Of a stretch of 40,952 nucleotides of DNA, positions 7,748 to 16,602 are shown in pieces. Each line of letters begins with the position of its first letter. Position 1 is the first letter of the stretch. The DNA lies in IMG/VR virus record IMGVR_UViG_3300030397_000826, positions 1 to 40,952 of that record; one strand, written 5' to 3'. The position numbers and the translations under genes are program-made. The notes under the pieces are model-generated. The model worked only from the letters and a program-made list of their open reading frames with translations, had not been told where the DNA came from and did no database searches. The DNA is from a virus. Lineage: Duplodnaviria > Caudoviricetes.

Positions 7748-8512
7748 TTAAATCAATGAATTACCCACTCCCAGAAAGGTCTCGCAGGCTGCCTTGAGAG
7801 CCTCGGCCAGCTCCTCAGACCGATCGCCACCTGGTGGCTCAGGGTCAGGTCCTGGATCAACAGGAGGACCATAGCGAGCGACTGTGCGACTGACGTCTCC
7901 CGGTCCGGGGTACTGGCTCCAGGGAGTGTTGTTTATCGACGGGTACATGATGTCCCGTTGATCATTGCTGTGCTCGAGCCCGATCGCATGCCCGATTTCG
8001 TGAAAGACGACCTTGGCAAGGAACTCGAGGTCCCACTGGACCAACGTGTCGTATCGCTGCTCGATCCGATCGTCACACCGATCTCGAGGCAGGAACGACC
8101 AGGCGAGGGTCGAACCAGGTAATGGTCCGTCTGTCGCCCATATTTTGGAGCTTTCCTTTCGCGCCACAAGGGGAAGTTGGATGCCGCAGGTCTTTTCCCA
8201 TTTGTCGAGGGCTGCCTCCCAGGCCTGCTGGACGACCTGAGCCCCGAGGTTGACCTGATCGAATCGGTACCAACAAGGGACGACCATGCATTCCCGCGGC
8301 CATTGAGCATCCTCGGGAGCATTGGCAAAGTCAGGCAAAGCGCAAAACCGCTTGTGGACATGGCTGGATGTCACCGGTCCGAACTCACCATCGACTGGGA
8401 GCCCGAACCAGTCCTGGTAGGATCGGACGTCGCGATGCCCGAAATGCTGAACCAGCCGCTCGGCCTCCTCGTGGCTGGCTTGGATCATCGCTGGGGTTCT
8501 TTCGTCAGTCAT
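7748..8512 (-). CDS. Matrixin (M10/MMP-like) zinc metalloprotease with PG-binding-like prodomain
   Basis: HEIGHAIGLEH zinc motif, Met-turn DIMYP, cysteine-switch-like RFCALPD, YQDWFGLPVDGEFGPVT peptidoglycan-binding-like repeat. Confidence 0.88.
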   Translation of the reverse strand: MTDERTPAMIQASHEEAERLVQHFGHRDVRSYQDWFGLPVDGEFGPVTSSHVHKRFCALPDFANAPEDAQWPRECMVVPCWYRFDQVNLGAQVVQQAWEAALDKWEKTCGIQLPLVARKESSKIWATDGPLPGSTLAWSFLPRDRCDDRIEQRYDTLVQWDLEFLAKVVFHEIGHAIGLEHSNDQRDIMYPSINNTPWSQYPGPGDVSRTVARYGPPVDPGPDPEPPGGDRSEELAEALKAACETFLGVGNSLI

Positions 8513-8558
8513 CGAATCGCTCCTGAGAATTAAAACTGGAATAAAACAAACGGCAAAC

Positions 8559-9308
8559 TTAATTGCCAGAGGCGACCTTCAGGCCCTGGGCGACCGCGCG
8601 CCAGTGTAGTTTGTAGGACTCGACGTCCGGGAGCTGACCTGAGGCCTCGAGAGTATTGAGGCTGGCAGTGAGCCCAATAAAAAATGGGAGCCACTTCTTT
8701 TGGCCTTCCTTAGGCCAGCTGGTGTTTCCGAGCTCTCCTCGATTTCCCTTGCGGACGACATCCATCATGGCATCAGGATCGCTATAGGCTCCACGGTCGA
8801 TTTCAGCCACTACGAACAAAAACGATTTCTGCAGCTGCTTTGCCCAGAAGGCCTTGTTGTCATCGACAATTAGCTCATAGGAATGGATCGCGGTTTTGTA
8901 CAGCGGAGATCGGGTCACGTCGTTATCCGGCATCGGGACCGGATCCGGTTCACGAGGCGGGATTGGATCAGGGCTGTCGCCTGACACCACGTCGATAGTT
9001 ACCTCCCCCTCGGAAATGGAGCGATCCTTCCAGGAGATCACTCGGACCTTGACCACGAGTCGGCCGGCAGCACAACCGGTGGGGATGGCGACCAGTGATC
9101 CGTAAACTCGCGCCCGCTCGACCATGTGAGGAGGAGCGACCACTTCAATCAGATGGCTTGGCCCTTCCGGGTCCTGGGAGATGTCAACGTTGGTGTTGAT
9201 CTCAGCGATCTGGTTGGTGCCGACTGAGTCGGGTCCGGTCAGATCGAGTTGAGCGTTGAGAATTGGGCAGCAACTAAACAGCAGCAGGATCGCGATTGAA
9301 ATTCGCAT
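8559..9308 (-). CDS. Exported protein with Pro-rich linker (putative lysis-module component)
   Basis: Signal peptide MRISIAILLLFSCC..., beta domain, PDPIPPREPDPVPMPD linker, helical C-terminal domain. Confidence 0.7.
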   Translation of the reverse strand: MRISIAILLLFSCCPILNAQLDLTGPDSVGTNQIAEINTNVDISQDPEGPSHLIEVVAPPHMVERARVYGSLVAIPTGCAAGRLVVKVRVISWKDRSISEGEVTIDVVSGDSPDPIPPREPDPVPMPDNDVTRSPLYKTAIHSYELIVDDNKAFWAKQLQKSFLFVVAEIDRGAYSDPDAMMDVVRKGNRGELGNTSWPKEGQKKWLPFFIGLTASLNTLEASGQLPDVESYKLHWRAVAQGLKVASGN

Positions 9309-9318
9309 GGGAGACCTT

Positions 9319-9561
9319 TCAGGTAGAGACTGGGACCGAAATCAGACCGCATCCTATCCGATCCAGAGAACCACACAACCTTTCCCGCTGGCTCTTGACC
9401 ACCACTCGCCAAGTTCCGTCCTCCAGCAGTCTGCCTGCGATGTCCACGATTCTGAGCTGACATCTCCTTGAGCGACCGACCTTTCTGCGGTTGAAAGTGT
9501 TGAGATAATCGTAGACCAGCGCTGGGTCAAAACGGCTGCAGATAAATGTTTTAGAGTTCAT
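9319..9561 (-). CDS. Hypothetical protein (80 aa)
   Basis: ATGA overlap with the upstream ORF; AGGAG RBS. Confidence 0.45.
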   Translation of the reverse strand: MNSKTFICSRFDPALVYDYLNTFNRRKVGRSRRCQLRIVDIAGRLLEDGTWRVVVKSQRERLCGSLDRIGCGLISVPVST

Positions 9562-9794
9562 TCGCTCACTCCTATGTTCTCGTACTTCACGATCGCAGTC
9601 CAGTCGTCCTCGTCGCGTTGTCGGCTGACCTCGAACTCCGAAACCACCCAGGTCTTGTGGCGCGGGTGCTCTTCGCCGAACTTAATCCCCTCGGAGTTCA
9701 GCTCAGCGATGGCATCGGTCGCGCTGATCGCTTCGACCCGGAAGATCCGCTGAGGCCCATCGTTATCGGGCTGATTCTGCTCGTACACACTCAT
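9558..9794 (-). CDS. Hypothetical protein
   Basis: Probable start ATG 9794. GEEHPRHKTWVVSEFEVSR echoes the DDPHPRNPSLRCDDVQVDR segment of tail ORF 23334-24233. Confidence 0.55.
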   Translation of the reverse strand: MSVYEQNQPDNDGPQRIFRVEAISATDAIAELNSEGIKFGEEHPRHKTWVVSEFEVSRQRDEDDWTAIVKYENIGVSE

Positions 9795-9888
9795 AAACGC
9801 ACGTCCAGTCGTTGCGGTCCCATGCGCGGCACTCTCCACAACGCCCAGCCCTTGTCCAGCAAGAGTTTCAAAGTTTGGTTCATCATCC

Positions 9889-10521
9889 TTATTCGTCCTT
9901 TATTTCAATTCGCTCAGAAAGCCTTCGCACTAGTTTCTGGTCCTCATTTTCACTCTCGACCCGCTGGGGACCGTGGTGATATTCGCAGGCGACCATTTGC
10001 TTCGGAGTCGGCCCGAGCCCACACCTGATCAGGGCCAGCTCGTTCGCATGGTCCAGCTTCCCAAGAGGCCGTGTCAGCCCTGGATCTGGAGGCAGCTCGA
10101 CCAGCCTGCGATACGTTTCTAAGAAGCTTTTGCGAGTCCATGTTTCAAATTCGTGATCGCTCAGCGATCCGAAATACTCTCGCCCACCAAGGATCCTGAT
10201 CGCTGCTGTCACGAGCGGGTCTGAGTACTCGAGCAGGCCACGATGGCCCCAGTCGGTTTTCCTGACCGCACACCATGCCAGCTCACATCTCCGCGCCAGG
10301 GCCTCACCCTCACCCGCCAGCTCGCGAACCCTGGCTATCGCGGGAAAGAATGCGTCCTTCACGATCGAGCGTGAGAAGGCGAATTTGACGCTTTCAAAGG
10401 GAAGGTCCTTGAGCCCATCCCAGTACATTCTTAGGAACTGGTCCGTAAATTTCTTCGGCAACACGGACGCAGTCCGGTTCATCAGGTCCACAAATGCGGG
10501 TTTTTCCGTGGTTTCCATCAC
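9889..10521 (-). CDS. DUF6475-like protein (helicase-loader position)
   Basis: Follows the initiator; YWDGLKDL..FFPAIARVRELA, AW..V, DPLVTAAIRILGG and RKSFLETYR pattern. Confidence 0.7.
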   Translation of the reverse strand: MMETTEKPAFVDLMNRTASVLPKKFTDQFLRMYWDGLKDLPFESVKFAFSRSIVKDAFFPAIARVRELAGEGEALARRCELAWCAVRKTDWGHRGLLEYSDPLVTAAIRILGGREYFGSLSDHEFETWTRKSFLETYRRLVELPPDPGLTRPLGKLDHANELALIRCGLGPTPKQMVACEYHHGPQRVESENEDQKLVRRLSERIEIKDE

Positions 10522-11261
10522 TCATCTCCCTCCAGGAAGCGCTGTGAGGCCTGAGCGTTCCCCAGTTCCTGATCCGAAACAGCCATCGTTGCCCCCGGCT
10601 CAGCATGCCCGATGAACATCTCGACCTGCTTCGTATTTTTAAAGATCAGCTCAAACCCGTGGTATTTGGTCTGCCGATCATTCTGGCCACAGTGGTGGGG
10701 ACTCCGGTGATTGCCGTCGATCGCCAGTCTCAGGTCAGCCTCCGTGAATCCTTCCCCCAGGCGGGCCTTGATCAATTTCCCTCGAGCTGCAGTGAATTTC
10801 GATTTTGGGTGGTAAGTTAGGTAATGGTCGAAAATCGCCTTCACCTTTTCAGATCCAGAATCAGAACTAGAACCAGAACCAGAACCAGAACCAGAGGCGC
10901 TTGCGTTTCGCTGGGTGGTCGCTGAGCGATCGCTCCATCGTTTCTTGTTGGCAGCCTCGGCCCCCTTCCTGCGGGCCTCGTAGGTTCGGTCTGCTGTCAG
11001 CCTGACCTTGTCCATTTTCTCATTGACGAGCCCGTCCTCAGTGCTGCGGAATTTGGGCTCGATCACCTTCCAAGCATCCAGCCACTCCTGGTGGGTTTCA
11101 CATCCAGCAATCCGCTGGAGCTGCTTGTAGTCGTTCGGGAGGGCCTTGTTGCTGAACTGGTACGCCAGCAGCCGAATGTAGACTCCGACCGTGGCTGGGT
11201 CCCAGCTGTAGGTCGCCTCCGTGAAATCGGCCACGTAAAACTTGAACCAGGGTTTAGCCAT
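10518..11261 (-). CDS. DUF1376/YdaU-type replication initiator
   Basis: PWFKFYVADF...GVYIRLLAYQF...LP.D...LQRIAG, GLVNEKM, GAEAANKKRW, SG linker, C-terminal helical domain. Confidence 0.85.
   Translation of the reverse strand: MAKPWFKFYVADFTEATYSWDPATVGVYIRLLAYQFSNKALPNDYKQLQRIAGCETHQEWLDAWKVIEPKFRSTEDGLVNEKMDKVRLTADRTYEARRKGAEAANKKRWSDRSATTQRNASASGSGSGSGSSSDSGSEKVKAIFDHYLTYHPKSKFTAARGKLIKARLGEGFTEADLRLAIDGNHRSPHHCGQNDRQTKYHGFELIFKNTKQVEMFIGHAEPGATMAVSDQELGNAQASQRFLEGDE
10863..10895 (+). repeat. Hexamer tandem repeat (AGAACC)n encoding the SGSGSG linker
   Basis: agaactagaaccagaaccagaaccagaaccaga. Confidence 0.8.
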
Positions 11262-11461
11262 TAGATCAGACCTCCCTCCTTGATTTGATGTTGGCGAATG
11301 AATCGGAAGGCCTCCTCGGCTGACTGAGCCTTCATGGGAAAGGTCGAGCTGGAGCCATCAGAACCATCAGTGACTGTGCAGGTCGTCTTCTTGAGATTGA
11401 ACTCGACCCGAAATCGGATGCCCAAGTTGACGACCGTGTATGCCACCTGTTCGACCTTCAT
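11261..11461 (-). CDS. Hypothetical protein
   Basis: ATG 11461 overlaps the upstream stop; AAGGAG RBS. Confidence 0.6.
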   Translation of the reverse strand: MKVEQVAYTVVNLGIRFRVEFNLKKTTCTVTDGSDGSSSTFPMKAQSAEEAFRFIRQHQIKEGGLI

Positions 11462-11931
11462 GGTGATGGCTCCTTCATAAAGCAAAACCACTTAGTCCCC
11501 CCGTCCCGAACAGACCGGCTGCCAAATAGTGGTGGGCTTGGGCTGAGACGAAGAACCTTTGAAATCGGAATGTCGTGATCGTTCCATTTAAAGACCAGAG
11601 TCCCGTAAGGCCTCAGGACTCTAAAACATTCCGCAAAACCCTCTGTTAGATCGTCCTGCCACGTCGACAACAGTTTTCCATATTTCTTCGCCAGCCATGA
11701 TTTCTGACCTACCGACGTTAGATGTGGAGGGTCGAACACTACCAGGTGAAAACTATTGTCCTCGAACGGTAGTTCGCGAAAGTCTGCGACCACATCTGGA
11801 TCGATGGTAAGAGATCGACCGCTGCCAATTTCGACCACCTCGCGTCTACTGTCGACAAACGTCGCGAGGGGATTATTCCGGTCAAACCAAAACATTTTTC
11901 CTCCGCAGCAAACGTCCAAAATCGCCTTCAT
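11458..11931 (-). CDS. Class I SAM-dependent methyltransferase (phage DPPH type)
   Basis: ILDVCCGGKMFWFD motif I, DFRELPF, VVFDPPH, CFRVLRPYGTLVFKW; start ATG 11931 overlaps the upstream stop. Confidence 0.88.
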   Translation of the reverse strand: MKAILDVCCGGKMFWFDRNNPLATFVDSRREVVEIGSGRSLTIDPDVVADFRELPFEDNSFHLVVFDPPHLTSVGQKSWLAKKYGKLLSTWQDDLTEGFAECFRVLRPYGTLVFKWNDHDIPISKVLRLSPSPPLFGSRSVRDGGTKWFCFMKEPSP

Positions 11932-12584
11932 GCGCCATCCTTTGTCAGTTTGTAGGTGTAAGCGATCACCCAGTCGTTTCGAGCAGCTGAGCCAGGTCCG
12001 TTGGTCTGATCCCACAGCTTGAAGAAGTCGAATCGGATCGCCTCGAGCACGTCGCAGCTGCAGGCATCTCCGGGATGCGCGCAGCATTGGAACTCGACTC
12101 CCTCAGCCTTGCAGTCCTCCATTGAGATAGATCTCAGTCGCTCGCAGCGGACGTCCGTGATCTCGAGAAATGTTCGGGCTGCCTTCTGAGGCATGAACCG
12201 ACCGGTCAGCAACTCCCGTTTGTATTCCCGACCATCGTCCTTCTCCCACATCATCCCGAGCTTTTCAGGTCCGGGAAGGATCACTGGGCTGTCATCGCTG
12301 ACGTAGTAAGCCATGCCGCCAGGTCCGCGTTTGAGCGACTCCCGGACGTAGACCTTGTCCCCCGGCAGATGCTGAGGAAGAAAATGCAATAGCCCAGCCA
12401 TGGTTTTGAATTGGAAGGTAAAGGGGTGCTTCTTGCATCGCGCGTCGATAAAGTCACGGTTCACCCTGACCCAATCGATCGCTTCATCATGGAAGGGGAG
12501 TCCTGATTCGGATCGACGCGTCTGAGTCTTGACCCCACTCTGAACCTTGGGGACGTTTCGCTTTGTGAATGTGAGTCCCTTCAT
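11928..12584 (-). CDS. ASCH/PUA-like domain phage protein
   Basis: GVKTQTRR, GDKVYVRES, MPQKAARTFLEITDVRCERLRSISMEDCKAEGV, FFKLWD, NDWVIAY. Confidence 0.8.
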   Translation of the reverse strand: MKGLTFTKRNVPKVQSGVKTQTRRSESGLPFHDEAIDWVRVNRDFIDARCKKHPFTFQFKTMAGLLHFLPQHLPGDKVYVRESLKRGPGGMAYYVSDDSPVILPGPEKLGMMWEKDDGREYKRELLTGRFMPQKAARTFLEITDVRCERLRSISMEDCKAEGVEFQCCAHPGDACSCDVLEAIRFDFFKLWDQTNGPGSAARNDWVIAYTYKLTKDGA

Positions 12585-13063
12585 TTCTGACCGCGCTCCT
12601 TGCCATCACTACACCAGAGAACGCGAGCCGATCGCGCAGCGTCGACGAATTCTCGCCACCCCATCCAACCAGAGCTCGTATAAAATCCCCAGTTATCTCG
12701 TTTCTTTCCGGTCAACACCAACGACCAGCTTGACGATCGATTCAGTTTGACAATGCGATGTTGAAACGATGACTTGCAAAAGGAGAGTGATCCCATTCTC
12801 CGAGTAACCTCCTTATGCTCTTCGCCGATGGTTTCGACATACCCTCCCCAGAGAATCACTCGCAACATCCACCAAGGATGATCATGATGACAACGATCGT
12901 CGTCAGCGCGCATAAGCTTGTGGAGTTTGATCGACCATCCGAACGGCAGACGTAACGACCATCGCGACAGATACACGTTAGTTCTGTCAATGTCAGTGAT
13001 CGCTCGATACTTCAATATTCCCTTCATTGGCGGTTTTCCTTTAAAACGGTTTTTCGGGCTCAC
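12581..13063 (-). CDS. Cupin-like phage protein (HDHPW family)
   Basis: YLSRW, LHKLMRADDDRCHHDHPW, ILWGGYVE, HRI, WSLVLTG..RDNWGF. Confidence 0.7.
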   Translation of the reverse strand: MSPKNRFKGKPPMKGILKYRAITDIDRTNVYLSRWSLRLPFGWSIKLHKLMRADDDRCHHDHPWWMLRVILWGGYVETIGEEHKEVTRRMGSLSFCKSSFQHRIVKLNRSSSWSLVLTGKKRDNWGFYTSSGWMGWREFVDAARSARVLWCSDGKERGQK

Positions 13064-13664
13064 GGATCAGCTCCTCAGCCCAGTCTGGAAAGCGAACAGG
13101 CTGCTGATCAGCCAGCCGCACTCGAATGAGAGCCCCCGAGCGGTCTCCATCACCAGCCACACAGGAACCGAACTCGCCACGGACCACCTGCTTGTCATCG
13201 ATCCAAACCTGGTTGCTGAGAGCATCCCAGACTGCCTTGAGCAGGTTGTCGACGTCAGGGCTCTGGCAATGCCAGTACCGCAAGTTCGGCTTCGTTTTTC
13301 TGGTTTTGGAAACCGGCCGAGGGAATACGAAATAGGTGTCGACGAGCAAAGGCCCGTCGATAGCGGAAGGGACCCTGACATTCTGCTTCAGAGCCCTCTT
13401 CCACTGGTGAATCGGCTGATCAGCCTTCACGTCCTGGAGGATCGTGGTAGTACTCTTCACCAGCCACTTTCGGAACAACTGAGAAAAGGCTCGATCACGA
13501 TGATGCATCCCAGCCGACAGTTGTTTAACCGCTGAATGGATCTTGTCGATCGAGGGCAGCAGCGACCGAAACCGGGATCGAGGCTGAGCGACCGGAGTAC
13601 CAGGAACAAAGGCCTGGACTACGATCGACGCCTCTGGGACCGGAAGTAAAGGCTGATTGTCCAT
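13041..13664 (-). CDS. rusA: RusA-family Holliday junction resolvase
   Basis: VPGTPVAQPRSR, FVFPRP, SPDVDNLLKAVWDAL...WIDDKQVV catalytic Asp motifs. Confidence 0.9.
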   Translation of the reverse strand: MDNQPLLPVPEASIVVQAFVPGTPVAQPRSRFRSLLPSIDKIHSAVKQLSAGMHHRDRAFSQLFRKWLVKSTTTILQDVKADQPIHQWKRALKQNVRVPSAIDGPLLVDTYFVFPRPVSKTRKTKPNLRYWHCQSPDVDNLLKAVWDALSNQVWIDDKQVVRGEFGSCVAGDGDRSGALIRVRLADQQPVRFPDWAEELIREPEKPF

Positions 13665-13670
13665 GATGGA

Positions 13671-13964
13671 TCACTCCTCCGGGACCTCCGGGACCTCTGA
13701 GTCCATATCGTCCTTGACCTCCTTCACCTTAACAGCCTTAGTCTCAGTCAGGACCAGCTGCTGCAGGTTCCCTGAGCTATCAAGAACTCTGACTTTGGTG
13801 AGGCCCTCCTCCTCCATCATCGCGATCAGAGCGTCCTTCGACGATTTCAGTGTCGACGTCGCTTTGTTCTTTTTCTCAAGGTCCTTTCGGTACTTATCCG
13901 CTGCCTTCTGCAAGGCCTCGGGCAGATCAAACTCATCTTCCATCGTTGGTAGAGCAGTGCTCAT
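13671..13964 (-). CDS. Hypothetical charged protein (97 aa)
   Basis: GAGGAG RBS; co-directional. Confidence 0.65.
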   Translation of the reverse strand: MSTALPTMEDEFDLPEALQKAADKYRKDLEKKNKATSTLKSSKDALIAMMEEEGLTKVRVLDSSGNLQQLVLTETKAVKVKEVKDDMDSEVPEVPEE

Positions 13965-14526
13965 TTGGAACTCCTCGGTTAAGAATGCGATCCAAGTACA
14001 CCCTTAGATCTCGGTTGCCCTCGAGCCACGTCCTGTAGCCCTGAGGAAGATCAGAAATCGCGACCGCTGCATGAGCGCCAAAGGGCATCGCGAGACACCT
14101 CTCTGGCTTCTGAAGCAGGACCGCATCGCAGTAATCCATCACCACGTCAAACGAAGGTTTATCATCGATCCATTTGCCCAGGTAGTCAGGGCCAGGACCG
14201 CGGGATTGATTGTGAAAGCTGCATTGGCCAGTGGGTAGATCGACGTACAACACCCACGGATAGGCAATCGTGGATCGGTCGTGGCCCCAGCCAAAAGGGA
14301 TCGACGATGCCTTGAGCCAGTGAGGCACTCGGCTCAACACCTGGTTCTTCCTCGCGTAGCTCGACTGCCGACCATCTCGCCGGTACTTCTTGGCGCGGCT
14401 GGAACTGTATTGCACCTGATACAGGCTGACCGCCACCGCGCCGTCGATGCCGCGGGTCGCCAGCTCAGTACAAAACTCCATCGTGGCCTTGGAATCGCGG
14501 GCCTTGAAGATCGATCTAGCCTTCAT
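13933..14526 (-). CDS. Hypothetical protein with DLPTGQxSFH motif and C-terminal DUF3820-like tail
   Basis: WVLYVDLPTGQCSFH; MPFGAHAAVAISDLPQGYRTWL resembles the MPFGKH...DLP..YL.W module. Confidence 0.65.
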   Translation of the reverse strand: MKARSIFKARDSKATMEFCTELATRGIDGAVAVSLYQVQYSSSRAKKYRRDGRQSSYARKNQVLSRVPHWLKASSIPFGWGHDRSTIAYPWVLYVDLPTGQCSFHNQSRGPGPDYLGKWIDDKPSFDVVMDYCDAVLLQKPERCLAMPFGAHAAVAISDLPQGYRTWLEGNRDLRVYLDRILNRGVPNEHCSTNDGR

Positions 14527-14749
14527 CTTTCGATCCCAAGTCGTTGAAAAATGTCAACAATCGGTTCAAACCCGAAAGCACTGCCGGCAGTTCATCGGCT
14601 GGGAAGGTCAGATGTCCTTCTGGGACCGTCATCCGCACGCAGTCGTCTTCAGAGTCAGCGGTCATGCGCACCGTGGTGGCTCCATCGGTAACAACTGTTT
14701 TCATCAGGTATTCAGGCATCTCATTCTCCAAATTCAGGTCCATTGACAA
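14516..14749 (-). CDS. Hypothetical protein (77 aa)
   Basis: Overlapping, co-directional ORF. Confidence 0.5.
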   Translation of the reverse strand: MSMDLNLENEMPEYLMKTVVTDGATTVRMTADSEDDCVRMTVPEGHLTFPADELPAVLSGLNRLLTFFNDLGSKDEG

Positions 14750-15635
14750 TTAAAACTTCGGGTGCCTCCTTCATTGGCCCAGGTGATTTGCGACCAGGCC
14801 CAGAGAGGTGTTTCGGTCGGGTCTTACTCAGGAAGGTCCAGCCCTCGTACAGGGAGCGAACCTCCTCGCAGTCGTAGTGGCTGACGACAATCCGCGCGTG
14901 CTTGTACTCATTCAAGATTCGAGCAAGCTTCTGGTGTGGGCCTTCCTCGGCCTCAAACAGCCCCCCTGAGCCCGGATCGACAGGGCTGGCAAAGTCGTGC
15001 AGGTAGCGACAGTTCGCGCCACTGGATCGCGTCTCGTCCATATAGGGGGAGTCCACGTAGATCGCAGTCGCTTCGTGGTCCTCGAATCGATCGATGATTC
15101 GGAAAGCATCCCGGCAAAGAATCACCACGTTACTGAGCCTGCGATGCCAGTCAGGGATCGAAGCCACAGCATTCTTCCATCTGACCGTTGGAGACCCTCC
15201 GTTTTTTGTCCACCGCACTGCGATCTGATAGTCGGTCCTCTCGGTGCCAGCGGTCCCGTTTCGTCCCATCCAGCTCGCCAGGAAGTACCAGTATGCTCGC
15301 TCAAGTTTGTGGGCTCCATCTCCCCTGGGCCTGACGTGGGTCGCCTTGAAAAAGTCCTTGGCATCATTGAGCAGCCCTTCGCACATCAGGGTTCGGGAGC
15401 ATCGCTCGTACAGCTCGAGGGCTGTGCTTTCGCGCTGCAGGATGTGAGCCAGGTTGATCAGCTCACCATGCAGATCGTTGACGGTTTCCTTTTGGCTTGG
15501 TGGCTTGGCGAGCAGGACTGCCATTGATCCGCAGAAGGGCTCGAAGTACTGGGTGTGCTTCCCGAGCTGAGTCACGATGGCTGGAGCGAGCGTCCGCTTT
15601 CCTCCGAACCAGGGAGCTATCGCCTTGACCTTCAT
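14721..15635 (-). CDS. dam: Dam-like (D12 class) DNA adenine methyltransferase
   Basis: PWFGGK, YFEPFCGSMAV, ETVNDL; motif IV reads YVDSPY. Start ATG 15635 with GGAGG RBS. Confidence 0.88.
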   Translation of the reverse strand: MKVKAIAPWFGGKRTLAPAIVTQLGKHTQYFEPFCGSMAVLLAKPPSQKETVNDLHGELINLAHILQRESTALELYERCSRTLMCEGLLNDAKDFFKATHVRPRGDGAHKLERAYWYFLASWMGRNGTAGTERTDYQIAVRWTKNGGSPTVRWKNAVASIPDWHRRLSNVVILCRDAFRIIDRFEDHEATAIYVDSPYMDETRSSGANCRYLHDFASPVDPGSGGLFEAEEGPHQKLARILNEYKHARIVVSHYDCEEVRSLYEGWTFLSKTRPKHLSGPGRKSPGPMKEAPEVLIVNGPEFGE

Positions 15636-15788
15636 GGGCTGACCCTCCTTCTTATGATCAGAACTAATCCTCCGAGCGGAACTGCAAGTGGCCACGGGGG
15701 CGATGATGGATTGGGGTTCATTTTGCTGGGGCTCTTACTTGACACCCAGAATCGCCAGCCCTGAGCGTAGAGTTGGAGCACCCGTCGT

Positions 15789-16187
15789 TCAAACTTTCGG
15801 TTTGCGTGCATTGCGATTCCTTTCGTGTCTTAGACGGATTAACAGGCTCAGCATTTCATCATGATCGTTCGTGTCTAAGAGTTGGTCCACGAGCACTTCG
15901 AAGTGAGCTGTTCGAGTCTGAATAGTTAATTCTAGGTCCACCCCGAAACACCCTCGGAATCCCTCCAAAAGTTTAGCCTCGAGCACATCACAGTATTCGC
16001 TCACTGTCTTTCGCATAAATGGGTCAATCGGGCCTCGCATCAACTGCTCGACGGACTGTTTCAGATCCATACCGAGCATAGCAAACGAGCACACAAAGGA
16101 CGCGATCGCGTGCTGCCGGCTGAGGCGATCCTCTCGCAGTAGTCGCCGAACTCTGTCCATTCTCATCAAATCAACTTGCGTCAACAT
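15789..16187 (-). CDS. Hypothetical protein (132 aa)
   Basis: GAGGAG RBS; overlaps the upstream gene end. Confidence 0.6.
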   Translation of the reverse strand: MLTQVDLMRMDRVRRLLREDRLSRQHAIASFVCSFAMLGMDLKQSVEQLMRGPIDPFMRKTVSEYCDVLEAKLLEGFRGCFGVDLELTIQTRTAHFEVLVDQLLDTNDHDEMLSLLIRLRHERNRNARKPKV

Positions 16188-16599
16188 CGATCACCACTCC
16201 TCTCTCAGGGTCAAACGTGGCTGGCTTACCCAATCGCGTATGAAGCGATCGACGGATGTGGGTGCCCCTGGGAGGGACAACTCGAATCGCTGTGCTCATC
16301 TCTCCGAAGGCCTGGACGATGCGGACCTGCAGCTTGATCTTGTGACCGATCCATTCGTCGCCTGGAGGGTCGCCCAGCAGCGTATGAATGATGCTTACGC
16401 TGGTTTGGCAAAGCACCAGCAATTTAGCCTTCCCTCTGAACCCGAGGGTCCAGCGGTCGATCACTTGTCCATTCTCAGCGGTCAGGGAGCCAGGCTCGTA
16501 CACCTCGAGGATTTCGACCTCGGGCGATTGGAGTTGTTGTTTCCAGAGCAGGTCCTCAGCATACAGGAACCGTCTGCCGTAGGATTTATCTTTGGCCAT
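16171..16599 (-). CDS. Putative ssDNA-binding/recombination partner protein
   Basis: FLYAEDL...KLLVLCQTS...I..LLG...EWIGHKIKL...AFG...AIRV is a pattern recurrent next to phage RecE-like genes; function inferred from context. Confidence 0.6.
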   Translation of the reverse strand: MAKDKSYGRRFLYAEDLLWKQQLQSPEVEILEVYEPGSLTAENGQVIDRWTLGFRGKAKLLVLCQTSVSIIHTLLGDPPGDEWIGHKIKLQVRIVQAFGEMSTAIRVVPPRGTHIRRSLHTRLGKPATFDPERGVVIDVDAS

Positions 16600-16602
16600 T
16601 GA

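Noticed and set aside
10863-10895. AGAACC repeats as replication iterons
   Set aside because: They are in frame and encode the SG linker usual in such initiators; there is no independent evidence of an origin.
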